DNA of 64,000 nt from an uncultured Bacilli bacterium (GCA_934098565.1 CAKOON010000005.1:32066-96065); one strand, 5' to 3'. Counted from the stretch's first letter, positions 10,219 to 19,967 are shown. The notes: a model not told the origin generated them from the sequence alone. Made by a program: numbers and translations.

Positions 10219-10506
10219 TTAGAGGTATTCTATAATCGCTATATTTTTTTGTAATTTATCAATTAAATCTTGTTCTTCATATTTATTAAATATTTCTATA
10301 AATTTACTATTATCCATTAAGAACATATCATAATAAGTTTTGAAAATATCATAGGTATTAGTAACTCCTAAATCTTTTAAGTAAGATAGATTTGCTGTTA
10401 CTAGATTATTATTTGCAATCAAGGATTTTTTAAGAGCCTTGGGAATATTTTCTTCTAACTCTTTAATTTGTTCAGTAGTAAAGCCACAATTTTCTAAAAA
10501 ATTCAT
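10219..10506 (-). CDS. Small helical-repeat protein (mTERF-like repeat pattern)
   Basis: 95 aa. FLENCGFTTEQIKELEENIPKAL ... LSYLKDLGVTNTYDIF resembles the L..(L)G(F)s...i..l....P motif. Confidence 0.4.
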   Translation of the reverse strand: MNFLENCGFTTEQIKELEENIPKALKKSLIANNNLVTANLSYLKDLGVTNTYDIFKTYYDMFLMDNSKFIEIFNKYEEQDLIDKLQKNIAIIEYL

Positions 10507-10514
10507 ATTATCTT

Positions 10515-12551
10515 CTAAAGCTCCTTTTCTACTCTAGCAAAGTCTTCCATAGTCTTATGGGAATTATAAAATAAACCTGCTAAAATAATGTCTTTTGGAT
10601 TTATTTTGTCTAAATGATTTATCAAAGTAATCAAATTACGTTTCGTATTTTCAGTTGAAAAAGCTAAATTATCGATGATATAGGCATTTTCTTTGGAAAC
10701 ACTAAGAGCTTCGATTTTATTAACTATCTTGGAATAATCATCAAATTTCTTAGCTGACTCTAATTTAGGATTTTCTAAAGTATTTTGTTCTAAAATTTCC
10801 AAGGCTTCTTTAGATATATTACCTTCTAACTCATTAGTTAAGCTTTTATTTAATTTTGTTAAATCAATTTCTTTTTCCACTAACTCCTCAAGAACTTTTT
10901 GACTAAAAATATAACTATTATAAGTCAATATATTATTTTTTTCTTCGGTATATGGAATATTATACTCTTTGCAGAAATTTATTCTTTCTAAAATTAAAGG
11001 AATATTTTGGCTTAAAGCATTAACATTGCAATTTAAAAGATTAGTTTCTCGAGCTTCAATAATTAAATCTAAGTTACGTCTTAGAGCCTCAGGCTCTTGG
11101 CATAAAACTTTAAAGACAATCTTGCCATTTGAATTTTTAAGGCTTACTTTATAATTATTTAGAATATGTAGATTTTCTTGAAGTTTAGCATTATCAATAA
11201 GACTTAGAGATATACCGAATTTTTGTAATTCCATCGGACTTGGTTTATAGCCATTATCTGTTAAAGTCTTTAGATTAGCTAAATAATTATCAAGACCATT
11301 TTGATAAATAACTAACGAAATGTCATTTGAGTCGATATCTTCATTTTTTAAAGTATTTAAAATTTTTTGGCAATCAAAAGCGCTAGTGTCGAATGGCTTT
11401 ATTAAGTCGATATCGGTTTTAGCTTTTCCTAAGGCCAGCAAAGTTTCTTCTCTAAAATTAACAGAATCTTCAATTGGCGCAACTTGGTCTTCTAAAATCT
11501 TTGGGTTTTTTGTAGTTGCTGGTTCTTGGTCTTCTAAAGTAGCCGAAGTATCAACATCCTTAGCTGGAACGTCTTCTTTATCATTTTCAAAAAGACTTCT
11601 TAATTCTTCAAAAGAAATTGGTGTTTCATTCTCTAATTGTTCCTCAAAAGAAATTAAATCACGATTTTCTCCTTCTGATGCTTTCTCCTCTTCTTTAGAA
11701 GTACTAGTTTCTTCTTCTTTCTTGGATTCTTGGTCATTATTTACTTCATCTTCAGTTTTTTCTAAACCCGGAGAAATAGTGTTATCTTCAGTCTCTTTAT
11801 TCAATAAAGAAACAATACTATCTAAATCAACAAAGTCATCAGAGTTAGCAGGTTCATCGAAGTTAACAACGTCGCTCGAACTTGTATCTAAATCAGAAGT
11901 TTCCTCATTGGTCTTTTGACTAGCAAATTCATAATCTTTAAAGAAAGGAACCAATTCATCTTCAGGGAATAAGATTAATTTAGCGGTTTTATAAGCCTCT
12001 TTATCATCAAAATTAACTTTCTTTAAAATACTAATAACTTCATCCCTCGTTTTTTCTACTTGACTAGAAGTAGCAGCGGCAAGTAACGACCTTAATTCTG
12101 CTTGATTTTTTAAAGCATCTTCTAATTCTTGGCATAACTTAGAAATTGCAGCATTTGCATTAGAAAGGTTTTCATTTTCTTTAGTAATACCATTTTCTAA
12201 ATCAGCAATGTCGTTTTCTCTAATAGTAATTTGCAAAGGTAACTGATTAGTCAACTTATCTAAGTCATCTTTAATATTAATTTTTAGTTTTAAAACACTT
12301 GTAATTAAACTTAAATCAGTATCTTTTAGAGAAGCAAAAGCATCAGTTAACAACTTTTTTTCGGTTGCTAAGGTATCAATGTCGTTTTTTATGCTAGTAA
12401 TCCGTTCATTTTTAGAGGTAATACTAGCCTTAGCCTTGGCTACAATCTCTTCGTTTTTATTCTTTTTATTGTGAAGTTCACTTAAAATACTTGATTCTGG
12501 TTCAATTAAATTCTTTAATTTTTCTAATACATTTTGGTTATTATTCATCAC
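10515..12551 (-). CDS. Large coiled-coil, acidic protein with a C-terminal helical-repeat region
   Basis: 678 aa. The N-terminal roughly 200 aa are heptad-like, there is a central D/E/S/T-rich disordered stretch, and the C-terminus carries repeats like those in the downstream 95-aa ORF. Confidence 0.5.
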   Translation of the reverse strand: MMNNNQNVLEKLKNLIEPESSILSELHNKKNKNEEIVAKAKASITSKNERITSIKNDIDTLATEKKLLTDAFASLKDTDLSLITSVLKLKINIKDDLDKLTNQLPLQITIRENDIADLENGITKENENLSNANAAISKLCQELEDALKNQAELRSLLAAATSSQVEKTRDEVISILKKVNFDDKEAYKTAKLILFPEDELVPFFKDYEFASQKTNEETSDLDTSSSDVVNFDEPANSDDFVDLDSIVSLLNKETEDNTISPGLEKTEDEVNNDQESKKEEETSTSKEEEKASEGENRDLISFEEQLENETPISFEELRSLFENDKEDVPAKDVDTSATLEDQEPATTKNPKILEDQVAPIEDSVNFREETLLALGKAKTDIDLIKPFDTSAFDCQKILNTLKNEDIDSNDISLVIYQNGLDNYLANLKTLTDNGYKPSPMELQKFGISLSLIDNAKLQENLHILNNYKVSLKNSNGKIVFKVLCQEPEALRRNLDLIIEARETNLLNCNVNALSQNIPLILERINFCKEYNIPYTEEKNNILTYNSYIFSQKVLEELVEKEIDLTKLNKSLTNELEGNISKEALEILEQNTLENPKLESAKKFDDYSKIVNKIEALSVSKENAYIIDNLAFSTENTKRNLITLINHLDKINPKDIILAGLFYNSHKTMEDFARVEKEL

Positions 12552-12634
12552 ACTAACTCTCCTATTTTCATAATGATTATATCAAAACCAGTACTTAAAG
12601 TAAATTATTTTACGTTATTTTCGACCAATTATTA

Positions 12635-13630
12635 TTATTTTTTTAACATTTCAATGTGTAAATGATCATAAGCTTTTTTCGTAGCAACCCGTCCTCTTGG
12701 AGTTCTTTTGATGAAACCTTCTTGTAAAAGAAATGGTTCGACGACGTCTTCAATCGTCGTTGTTTCTTCACCAATGGAAGTTGCTATTGTGCCAGCGCCA
12801 ACCGGACCACCGTTATATTTGGTAATTAAGGCATCTAAATATTCTAAATCGATGGAATCAAGGCCGTATTCATCAACCTTTAAGCGGTTTAAAGCTTTCT
12901 TAGTTAAAGCAACATCGATTTCAGGATAGTTTTCAACTAAGGCGAAGTCACGAACTCTTTTGAAGAGACGATTGGCAATACGGGGTGTTTTACGACTTCT
13001 TTTAGCTAGTTCGAAAGCCGCTTCGGAACTGATAGGCATACGAAGTACTTTAGAAGTACGAATGATAATATCCTTTAGCTCTTCATCAGTATAATAATTC
13101 AATTTTTCAACAATGCCAAAGCGGTCTCTTAAGGGACTAGAAATGTCACCAGCTCTAGTCGTAGCGCCAACTAAAGTAAAGGGTGGTAAATCAATTTTAA
13201 TATTTCTAGTATTACCATCTTGGCCAACGACAATATCTAGTTCAAAGTCTTCCATGGCCGGGTACAATATTTCTTCAATAAATCTTGGCATACGGTGAAT
13301 TTCATCGATAAACAAAACGTCGCCTTCTTCCAAATTAGAAAGAATAGCGGCCAAATCGCCAGGCTTTTCAATGGAAGGACCGGAGGCCGTTTTAATATTA
13401 ACACCTAACTCATTAGCAATTATATAAGCAAGAGTGGTTTTTCCTAAACCAGGAGGCCCATAAAGAAGGACATGGTCAAGTACTTCATCTCTCATCATAC
13501 AAGCCTTAATAAAGACTTTTAAGTTAGCTTTGATTTCTTCTTGCCCAACATATTCACTTAAAGTTTCGGGTCTTATATTCTTATCAAATTCATTATCTTT
13601 AGTGTTTACATTGTAAATACTCTCTTGCAT
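12635..13630 (-). CDS. ruvB: Holliday junction branch-migration ATPase RuvB
   Basis: [37 protein letters not shown] and GATTRAG are present. Confidence 0.95.
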   Translation of the reverse strand: MQESIYNVNTKDNEFDKNIRPETLSEYVGQEEIKANLKVFIKACMMRDEVLDHVLLYGPPGLGKTTLAYIIANELGVNIKTASGPSIEKPGDLAAILSNLEEGDVLFIDEIHRMPRFIEEILYPAMEDFELDIVVGQDGNTRNIKIDLPPFTLVGATTRAGDISSPLRDRFGIVEKLNYYTDEELKDIIIRTSKVLRMPISSEAAFELAKRSRKTPRIANRLFKRVRDFALVENYPEIDVALTKKALNRLKVDEYGLDSIDLEYLDALITKYNGGPVGAGTIATSIGEETTTIEDVVEPFLLQEGFIKRTPRGRVATKKAYDHLHIEMLKK

Positions 13631-13633
13631 AAA

Positions 13634-14200
13634 TTATTCTCCTTTAATTATCTTATATACTTCTTGAAAGTTTTTTGCTCTTAGGCCTTCGTAGTCTTTG
13701 TTATACCAAGTATCGATTAAAATCGTTTTAATTCCATAGGTATTAACGTCTCTTATCTGTTCAACAGAATCATCAATAAAAATATCAATTCCTACTTCTT
13801 GGCACTTAGCCCCTTTTTTAGATAAATTAATGTAACAATCTTGATACTTAAAGCCTTTCTTGGTTAAATCATTTTTAGTTATATTTAAGACGTCAAAAGG
13901 ACCCTCAGCACTTCTTCTTGTTAAGAAGTAGATTTCATAACCGCTTTCATATAATTTATCTAAATAATAGAGAGCATCCCCTTTAGGAGTAGCTTTTAAA
14001 TAAAGTTGATTATCCCGAAAAAAGCGAAAAAAATCTCTCTTGATATCACTATTCCAATAAAATCTTTCTTTTAAATCATAGGTATCATTGTTACGAATCC
14101 CAGCGTTATTAACATGAACTTTATCATAGTAAAGAGCCGCAGCATCGATTACTTCTAAAGTATTCATTACAGTATCATCTATATCAATCCCTATTTTCAT
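13634..14200 (-). CDS. HAD-superfamily hydrolase, 5'(3')-deoxyribonucleotidase (NT5C)-like
   Basis: MKIGIDIDDTV is the DxDxT motif I, FLTRR is motif II, and FIDDS is motif IV. 188 aa. Confidence 0.6.
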   Translation of the reverse strand: MKIGIDIDDTVMNTLEVIDAAALYYDKVHVNNAGIRNNDTYDLKERFYWNSDIKRDFFRFFRDNQLYLKATPKGDALYYLDKLYESGYEIYFLTRRSAEGPFDVLNITKNDLTKKGFKYQDCYINLSKKGAKCQEVGIDIFIDDSVEQIRDVNTYGIKTILIDTWYNKDYEGLRAKNFQEVYKIIKGE

Positions 14201-14203
14201 TTC

Positions 14204-14761
14204 TTACCTACTCATTAATAGCTTTAATGCTTCCTTAATTTGACTTTCTAATTCTTTAGTAGCGTCAACATTTGGCAAAATAGCTTTAATATCATTTTTC
14301 TTATAGCCTAAAGATTCTAAGACATTAACAAGTTCATCTAAGTCTTTGACAGCAAATAAGTCTTGATGATCTGCTAACTTGCCTTTTAAGTCTAAAATGA
14401 TTTGACGAGCTAATTTATCCCCTACTTTAGGAAACTTCGTTAAATAAACCAGATTTTCTCTTTCAATAGCCTCAATAACATCAGCCGTATTGCCCGTGGA
14501 AACCATTGGTAAAGCCATCTTTGGTCCTAAGCCTTTAACATTGATTAATCTTAAGAAAAGATTTTTTTCTTCCTTTTTTTTAAAGCCATACAAAGTATAT
14601 TCATCTTCCCTTATATAGTTATATAAATAGATTGTGTACTCTAAATTTTCACGATAAACATAAGGGTTACCAACGTAAATTTGGTATCCGATGCCATTAT
14701 TTTCAATAACAACATAGTTGGTACCGATTTCTTTTATAATTCCTGTTATATAGTTATACAT
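14204..14761 (-). CDS. ruvA: Holliday junction DNA helicase subunit RuvA
   Basis: MYNYITGIIKEIGTNYVVIENNGIGYQI is the classic RuvA N-terminus, and LINVKGLGPKMAL is the HhH motif. The start was moved from the track's 14803 to the ATG at 14761, because the promoter at 14785-14813 lies inside the longer ORF and AAAGGAAGG precedes 14761. Confidence 0.9.
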   Translation of the reverse strand: MYNYITGIIKEIGTNYVVIENNGIGYQIYVGNPYVYRENLEYTIYLYNYIREDEYTLYGFKKKEEKNLFLRLINVKGLGPKMALPMVSTGNTADVIEAIERENLVYLTKFPKVGDKLARQIILDLKGKLADHQDLFAVKDLDELVNVLESLGYKKNDIKAILPNVDATKELESQIKEALKLLMSR

Positions 14762-14784
14762 TTCAAACCTTCCTTTTCTTTCCC

Positions 14785-14813
14785 ATAGTACCAACCTACT
14801 CACTCTTTGTCAA
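14785..14813 (-). promoter_or_regulatory. Sigma-A-type promoter of the ruvA-HAD-ruvB operon
   Basis: On the minus strand: TTGACA (14813-14808), a 17-nt spacer, then TACTAT (14790-14785). Confidence 0.6.
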
Positions 14814-15053
14814 GATAAGATTAGAGTTTTTTTTCGGGTTTACTTAGTGGCATTTTCTTTGTTATTTACCCCTCTATATATAATATGTTAAGGATAGGTA
14901 TCGTTTTTTTTCAAAAATCCCAAACTTTTTAAAATTTTTTTTTGATTTTCTTTTATTTGTTTACTTAAAGAAAGATTTATAACTTAAAAAAACTGCATAT
15001 TTCTATACAGCTTACTAAAAAGAATTCAATTTTTTATCTTACATAATAATTTA

Positions 15054-15668
15054 TTATAAATATTGGTCTATATCATTTATGTATAAGCGTAGAATATCAT
15101 ATTGTTTTATATTTTTATTTTTATATCCTAATTCCCTCCTGATAGCTAAAATTAAATCTTCTATCTTAGGAGCATCATTTTGTAAAAAATATTTCGTATA
15201 TTCTTCTTTCGGCAAAGTACCTTTCTTTGTAGCACTGTTCATAGCGCTCATTTTAAAGTTAGACCAAGCCTTTAAAACGTTATCAGACGCATAAATTGTC
15301 ATGTATTTTTGTTGTTTTCTTAATTCTTCAGTTATATCTTTATTATCGTTAATTTCTGCATAAAGGACATTTTTTATTAACCAATCTAGAAATTCTATAT
15401 ATATTCTTTGTCTTTCATTTCTAATTTGATTTTTAATATTATATCTGTTCTCAAAATATTTACCTACTGGCACCCCAATAAATGTTAATGAACCGGTAAT
15501 AAGTGCTACCATAATAGCTGGATAATTATCACTTACATATTTAATATTTTTTATTATCAGTTGCCCCGTTTTTAGAAAGATATAAATTGTAAATATTATT
15601 AGCTCTAGTCCTAAAATGAAACGCAAGATATCCTGTAAAGAATTAAACATTTTTTTCTTACTATGCAT
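15054..15668 (-). CDS. Two-TM membrane protein with a soluble helical C-terminal domain (third gene of the Fic operon)
   Basis: 204 aa. It has hydrophobic helices ILRFILGLELIIFTIYIFL and AIMVALITGSLTFIGVPV. It starts 17 nt after the upstream stop. Confidence 0.6.
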   Translation of the reverse strand: MHSKKKMFNSLQDILRFILGLELIIFTIYIFLKTGQLIIKNIKYVSDNYPAIMVALITGSLTFIGVPVGKYFENRYNIKNQIRNERQRIYIEFLDWLIKNVLYAEINDNKDITEELRKQQKYMTIYASDNVLKAWSNFKMSAMNSATKKGTLPKEEYTKYFLQNDAPKIEDLILAIRRELGYKNKNIKQYDILRLYINDIDQYL

Positions 15669-15685
15669 AATATCACCTTAATCAT

Positions 15686-16927
15686 TTAATCATTAATCTT
15701 ATTAATGTCTATTAACCCGGAATTATTTACAATATATTTTACTATGGTGGAATTGGATACTTTTCCTTGTAATACCATTTCATATAGCGTTAGTAACGAT
15801 TTTGTATCAATAATTAAGGTCTCATTCTTTATAGCTAAATCAATTTGCATTTTATTAATATCATCGCGTAGTGTTATATCTTTGGTTCTTTCATAATTCA
15901 TTATTAGAATTTTTTTGATTTGTTCAGTTTTATTTAGTTCTTGTAAATTGTCCAAATACTTAGAATAATGCACTTCCAATTGAGAAATATGCTCATATTT
16001 AACATTGGATGTTACACCTTTTATTTCACCAATAAAAGTTATGCCGTCTTTAACAAATAGAAAGTCTTCTTTCTTTTCATCTTTAAAATCTTTTAAAGAT
16101 ATATTAAATATATATTCTAATATCTCAAAAACAACTTCTACTAAAGCATCTGAATTATTATATAGTACTGACTTGTAACGCAAGTTTTGTTGCAATTTTT
16201 TACTAGCATTGTCTATTATTTCTTTTTGAAGCTTTATTTGTTCTTTAGCCTGCTCAATGTTATTGCTTTGAATAATATCATCATTAAAATTATATCTATA
16301 AAGCCAATCAGGATACTCTGTTTCTTTTTCTATTAAGCCAATTTCCCTTAAATAATCAAATAGAATACTTATTTTTTCGCTCTTAATTATATCTAAAGTA
16401 GTAATAATTAAATTATCACTTTTAATTGTTGTAACTTTATTACTTTCATCGGAACTTGTTAAAGTTACATAGCCATCGTTATTTATGTAAAACGAAGCTG
16501 GTATTAAATTTGAGTTTATCTTAGTTGAACTATTTTCATATATTATTTCTAAACCTTTAATCGGAATTAATTGTTCCAGTATTTTAGTGAATAAGGGTAA
16601 CATATTCTTTAACTGTAATCTATGATTACTAGACCCCCAACTCCAATGATAATTTAAATTTTGAGGTAAACAAATAATATTTATTGACTTGTTACTATTT
16701 TCTATCATTCGATTAATACTTTTAAAATCTGCAGTCATTTTAGTATTTACATCTGGGGCTGAATAGCTACCTGTTGCACTTTCCCACATATTCTCTGAAT
16801 TCAGGTTAAAAATATTTATGTTATAATTGTCTAAAGACTTTAATTTATTGAAGTCATTACTCTCAATTTTTTTATTATAATCAGCATATTCTAAGGGATT
16901 ATAGGTTATTAATTGTATTTTTGACAT
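15686..16927 (-). CDS. Unknown protein with a PD-(D/E)xK-like C-terminal module (second gene of the Fic operon)
   Basis: 413 aa. A central coiled coil is EQAKEQIKLQKEIIDNASKKLQQNL. The C-terminus LVEVVFEILEYI...KKEDFLFVKDGITFIGEIKGV gives the E ... D ... ExK order of restriction-endonuclease-fold nucleases. The N-terminal half is unassigned. Confidence 0.45.
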   Translation of the reverse strand: MSKIQLITYNPLEYADYNKKIESNDFNKLKSLDNYNINIFNLNSENMWESATGSYSAPDVNTKMTADFKSINRMIENSNKSINIICLPQNLNYHWSWGSSNHRLQLKNMLPLFTKILEQLIPIKGLEIIYENSSTKINSNLIPASFYINNDGYVTLTSSDESNKVTTIKSDNLIITTLDIIKSEKISILFDYLREIGLIEKETEYPDWLYRYNFNDDIIQSNNIEQAKEQIKLQKEIIDNASKKLQQNLRYKSVLYNNSDALVEVVFEILEYIFNISLKDFKDEKKEDFLFVKDGITFIGEIKGVTSNVKYEHISQLEVHYSKYLDNLQELNKTEQIKKILIMNYERTKDITLRDDINKMQIDLAIKNETLIIDTKSLLTLYEMVLQGKVSNSTIVKYIVNNSGLIDINKIND

Positions 16928-16939
16928 TTCTCATCACTC

Positions 16940-17866
16940 CTACAGTAGTTCTAAATATTTATTAAGTATTTCAATCTCTAAATCCGTAACCAATTTAATA
17001 AAGTCAGTATAATTTCCCGTTGTATGGGCTTTATCTAGGGCTTCGTAATATTTTAATCTTGCTTCTTTCTTTACAATAACTGGTAAATAGCCACTATGCA
17101 TTAAATCTAAATTCATAAGTAGTCTAGAGGTTCTGCCATTGCCATCAATAAAGGGGTGAATTTTCACGAGTTCTCCATGTAATAAAGCAGCCCTAATTAT
17201 TGGATGATATTTATCCCAAGTCTGATAATTAACAATAAGTTTTTCCATCAGTTCTGGTAATTTTAAGTAGTCAGGTGGAATATGAACGGCACCTTTAATA
17301 GTAACATTTTCTCTTCGATAGCGACCAGCATTTTCGTTATCAATACCCTTTAGTATTAATTCATGAATACTTTTTATATTCCACTCTGTAATTGGATTTT
17401 CTTCTTTAACTAAGTCATCTAAAAATAAAATAGCCTGTTCATGATTTATAGCTTCTAAATGTTCTTTAATTGATTTGCCACCAACAGTAATCCCCTCTAA
17501 AACCACTTGTGTCTCTCTTAAAGTTAAGGTATTACCCTCAATACCGTTACTATTATAGATCCATTCTAAATTGATGGTTTCTTTTAATGATTGTAATGTT
17601 TTTTTAGATATAGGTCTTTTACTATCTAATTTTCTTTTTAAATTATCTACTTCATCAAAATAATCATCGTCTAAGTTAATTATAAAATTCTCTTCATCTG
17701 GTTTAATTATTCTTTTATCAACTGGTTTACTAGCAGAGGCTGGAATATTCCAATTACTGCCAACTTTAATGGCTCCTTCAATTCTTCCTTCTTGAAGTAA
17801 TTGCCTTATTCTTCTCTCACTAATGCCCCAGTTTTTTTCTGTTTCTTTAGTAGTCATGTATTTCAT
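16940..17866 (-). CDS. HTH-Fic family protein (auto-inhibited Fic AMPylase type)
   Basis: It has the N-terminal HTH WGISERRIRQLLQEGRI, the inhibitory motif SNGIEGN ((S/T)xxxE(G/N)), and the catalytic HPFIDGNGRTSR (HxFx(D/E)GNGRxxR). The Shine-Dalgarno AGAGGTGA lies 5 nt before the ATG. Confidence 0.9.
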   Translation of the reverse strand: MKYMTTKETEKNWGISERRIRQLLQEGRIEGAIKVGSNWNIPASASKPVDKRIIKPDEENFIINLDDDYFDEVDNLKRKLDSKRPISKKTLQSLKETINLEWIYNSNGIEGNTLTLRETQVVLEGITVGGKSIKEHLEAINHEQAILFLDDLVKEENPITEWNIKSIHELILKGIDNENAGRYRRENVTIKGAVHIPPDYLKLPELMEKLIVNYQTWDKYHPIIRAALLHGELVKIHPFIDGNGRTSRLLMNLDLMHSGYLPVIVKKEARLKYYEALDKAHTTGNYTDFIKLVTDLEIEILNKYLELL

Positions 17867-17884
17867 ATTTCACCTCTTGTAATT

Positions 17885-17913
17885 ATTATACCGAGTTCGG
17901 TAGTATATGTCAA
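17885..17913 (-). promoter_or_regulatory. Consensus sigma-A promoter of the Fic operon
   Basis: On the minus strand: TTGACA (17913-17908), a 17-nt spacer, then TATAAT (17890-17885), about 20 nt upstream of the Fic start. Confidence 0.7.
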
Positions 17914-18244
17914 CGATTATGTTCTAAGATTAATATGTTTTTCTACCGTCTTATAGCAAAAAACTTTAAAAGTTCTTAATCTATCATTCATCATTTGCAT
18001 AAAAATAGTCACTAGTAGAACTTTATCTCTGCTGCAAGATGTAAAATGCTTATAAAATGTATACTCTTTTCAGACCAGTATTTATAGGTATTTTTAAATT
18101 TTGCCAATACCATAACGAAATTTAAAGTCTACATATTTTCTTTAAAAACACTTAAAAATTCTTGTACTTAAACCTTTTTTCAAGTAAGATACTATATACT
18201 TAAAACATAATAAGTCTTTAGAAACTTTCATTATTTATATATAA

Positions 18245-18270
18245 CAAAAAAAGAACTCATTAAGAGTCCC
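18245..18270 (-). terminator. Rho-independent terminator closing the Tad-like operon
   Basis: The minus-strand RNA is GGGACUC UUAAU GAGUUC followed by U7, immediately after the stop at 18274. Confidence 0.65.
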
Positions 18271-18273
18271 AAT

Positions 18274-19062
18274 TTAACCATTCATCATCTGCATTACAGC
18301 AAGAACTAGTAAAATCATAACACCAAGACCAGTAGAAATAAGCATACTCATAGTCTTATTTTCCATCTTATCTAATCTTTCTTTATACTTCGTATCACGA
18401 GCTTTTTGTTGAAGATTAGAAATAGAACGAGAGAAGTTTAATAACTGTTCTTGTTTTCTATCTTGACGGCCTAAACCTAAACGATAAAGTAAACGCATCA
18501 TACGCATCGAGTCACGAACCGGATAAGTACGAGCAAATTCCATATAAGGTTCGATTGAACTATCACCGGAGTTAATCTTGGCAATCATTTCTAGTAAGCC
18601 TTTTTTAAAGATTTCAGGAGCAGTATCAACACTTTTACCAATGGCTACGGGTACTGTATAGTGTTGAATTAAGATTTCTAAACCTTTTAAGTAGTGTGGT
18701 AACATGGCATCAATCGTATGCAAGTTATTTTTATAATAACTTTTTAAGTTAGAATAACTTGATTTAAAGATTAGAATACCAGCAACAATGGCCACAATTA
18801 CATAAATATAACTAAACTTATTAATAAAGAAACAAACAACTAATAAAGCGGTAACTAAACCTTGAGTAATTCTTTTTCCAAATAAGTAGTCAGGATCTAC
18901 ACCTTCTCCATATTTAGTACGAACTAAAAAGTCATAATCACTTTCTTTAAATCTTAAAAAGTACCCTACGTTATCATTAATACATTTTTTAACATCAATA
19001 ACTTTGGTTTTATTTAAAATAAAGATGTATAAAGCGGATAATCCTAAAATTTCAAAATACAT
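18274..19062 (-). CDS. TadC-like platform protein (GspF/T2SS-F fold)
   Basis: 262 aa. The topology is TM helices, then a cytoplasmic helical domain (LPHYLKGLEILIQHYTVPVAIGKSV...PEIFKKGLLEMIAKINSG), then a C-terminal TM helix. It is positioned after the CpaF-type ATPase. Confidence 0.6.
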   Translation of the reverse strand: MYFEILGLSALYIFILNKTKVIDVKKCINDNVGYFLRFKESDYDFLVRTKYGEGVDPDYLFGKRITQGLVTALLVVCFFINKFSYIYVIVAIVAGILIFKSSYSNLKSYYKNNLHTIDAMLPHYLKGLEILIQHYTVPVAIGKSVDTAPEIFKKGLLEMIAKINSGDSSIEPYMEFARTYPVRDSMRMMRLLYRLGLGRQDRKQEQLLNFSRSISNLQQKARDTKYKERLDKMENKTMSMLISTGLGVMILLVLAVMQMMNG

Positions 19063-19064
19063 AT

Positions 19065-19967
19065 TTACTCAACCCCCACATCTTCATTGTAATATTTTTC
19101 GCCCGTAAGTAAGAAGTAGCAGTTAATAATAATAATTAAATGTAAAATTAATTTAACATACCACATATCAAGTAGTTTAATATAAGAGTCTTTACCAAGA
19201 AGAAATTGCATAACCGCCGCTAGTAAGAACAAGGCCATCCCGAAAGTTAAGAACTTCTTATGGAAATTAGCTCTATCCATTCTATCACGGTAGACACTTT
19301 CAACTAAGGCATCGATATCTAAAGACATATTTTCTAAAGACTCTCCGGCATCACGGGAACCTTCTTTAGTTATCTGATAGAACAATTGGTGCATGTTTTT
19401 AACCATATAATATGGATACTTTTCATTAAAGTAAGCAATTGATTGGTCAATAGTACCATTAGCGTAAGCCATGTCAATCATCGTTTTCACATCATCGACT
19501 ACGGGTTTTTCTAAGATACCAGATTCAACAACACCCTCTAGGGACTTAACAAAACTCTGAGTAGTATTAAATTCCATGATAACATTAGTAGTATAAGTCT
19601 GAATTTGTTCGAAAATATATTCGGAATAAATTCTTTGCGTACGTAAATACGACAAGTAAGGAATAAAGGCTATCGCAATAGCCGCATAGATTATTGTTAT
19701 AAAGAGATTGTAGAAGTAAAGATAAGCAATGCCACCCGCAACAACGCCAAATAAAACGACTTGACTAATATATTGTTTAACGGTATATTCTTCACCTAGC
19801 TCTTTAGTTTTTTCCCGTACTTGTTTAAAACTATAAGGAGCATACTTATCATAAAGACTAGTAACCCCATTCTGGATGAATTTAAAGGCTCCTTTAGCGC
19901 CATCCGTGGCATTCATTCGATATGAGAATGCAAAGAGTGCTAAAGCAATTAAAATTATTAATTCCAT
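19065..19967 (-). CDS. TadB-like platform protein (GspF/T2SS-F fold)
   Basis: 300 aa. It has an N-terminal TM helix, central TM helices, a helical domain SFVKSLEGVVESGILEKPVVDDVKTMIDMAYANGTIDQSI, and C-terminal TM helices. It lies 2 nt from the next gene. Confidence 0.6.
   Translation of the reverse strand: MELIILIALALFAFSYRMNATDGAKGAFKFIQNGVTSLYDKYAPYSFKQVREKTKELGEEYTVKQYISQVVLFGVVAGGIAYLYFYNLFITIIYAAIAIAFIPYLSYLRTQRIYSEYIFEQIQTYTTNVIMEFNTTQSFVKSLEGVVESGILEKPVVDDVKTMIDMAYANGTIDQSIAYFNEKYPYYMVKNMHQLFYQITKEGSRDAGESLENMSLDIDALVESVYRDRMDRANFHKKFLTFGMALFLLAAVMQFLLGKDSYIKLLDMWYVKLILHLIIIINCYFLLTGEKYYNEDVGVE

Noticed and set aside
11320-11919. A 199-aa plus-strand ORF, Ser/Leu/Phe-rich.
   Set aside because: It lies entirely antisense to the acidic region of the 678-aa gene. 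Its Ser/Phe/Leu composition is the mirror image of GAA/GAT/AAA codons. It has no Shine-Dalgarno and no independent signals.
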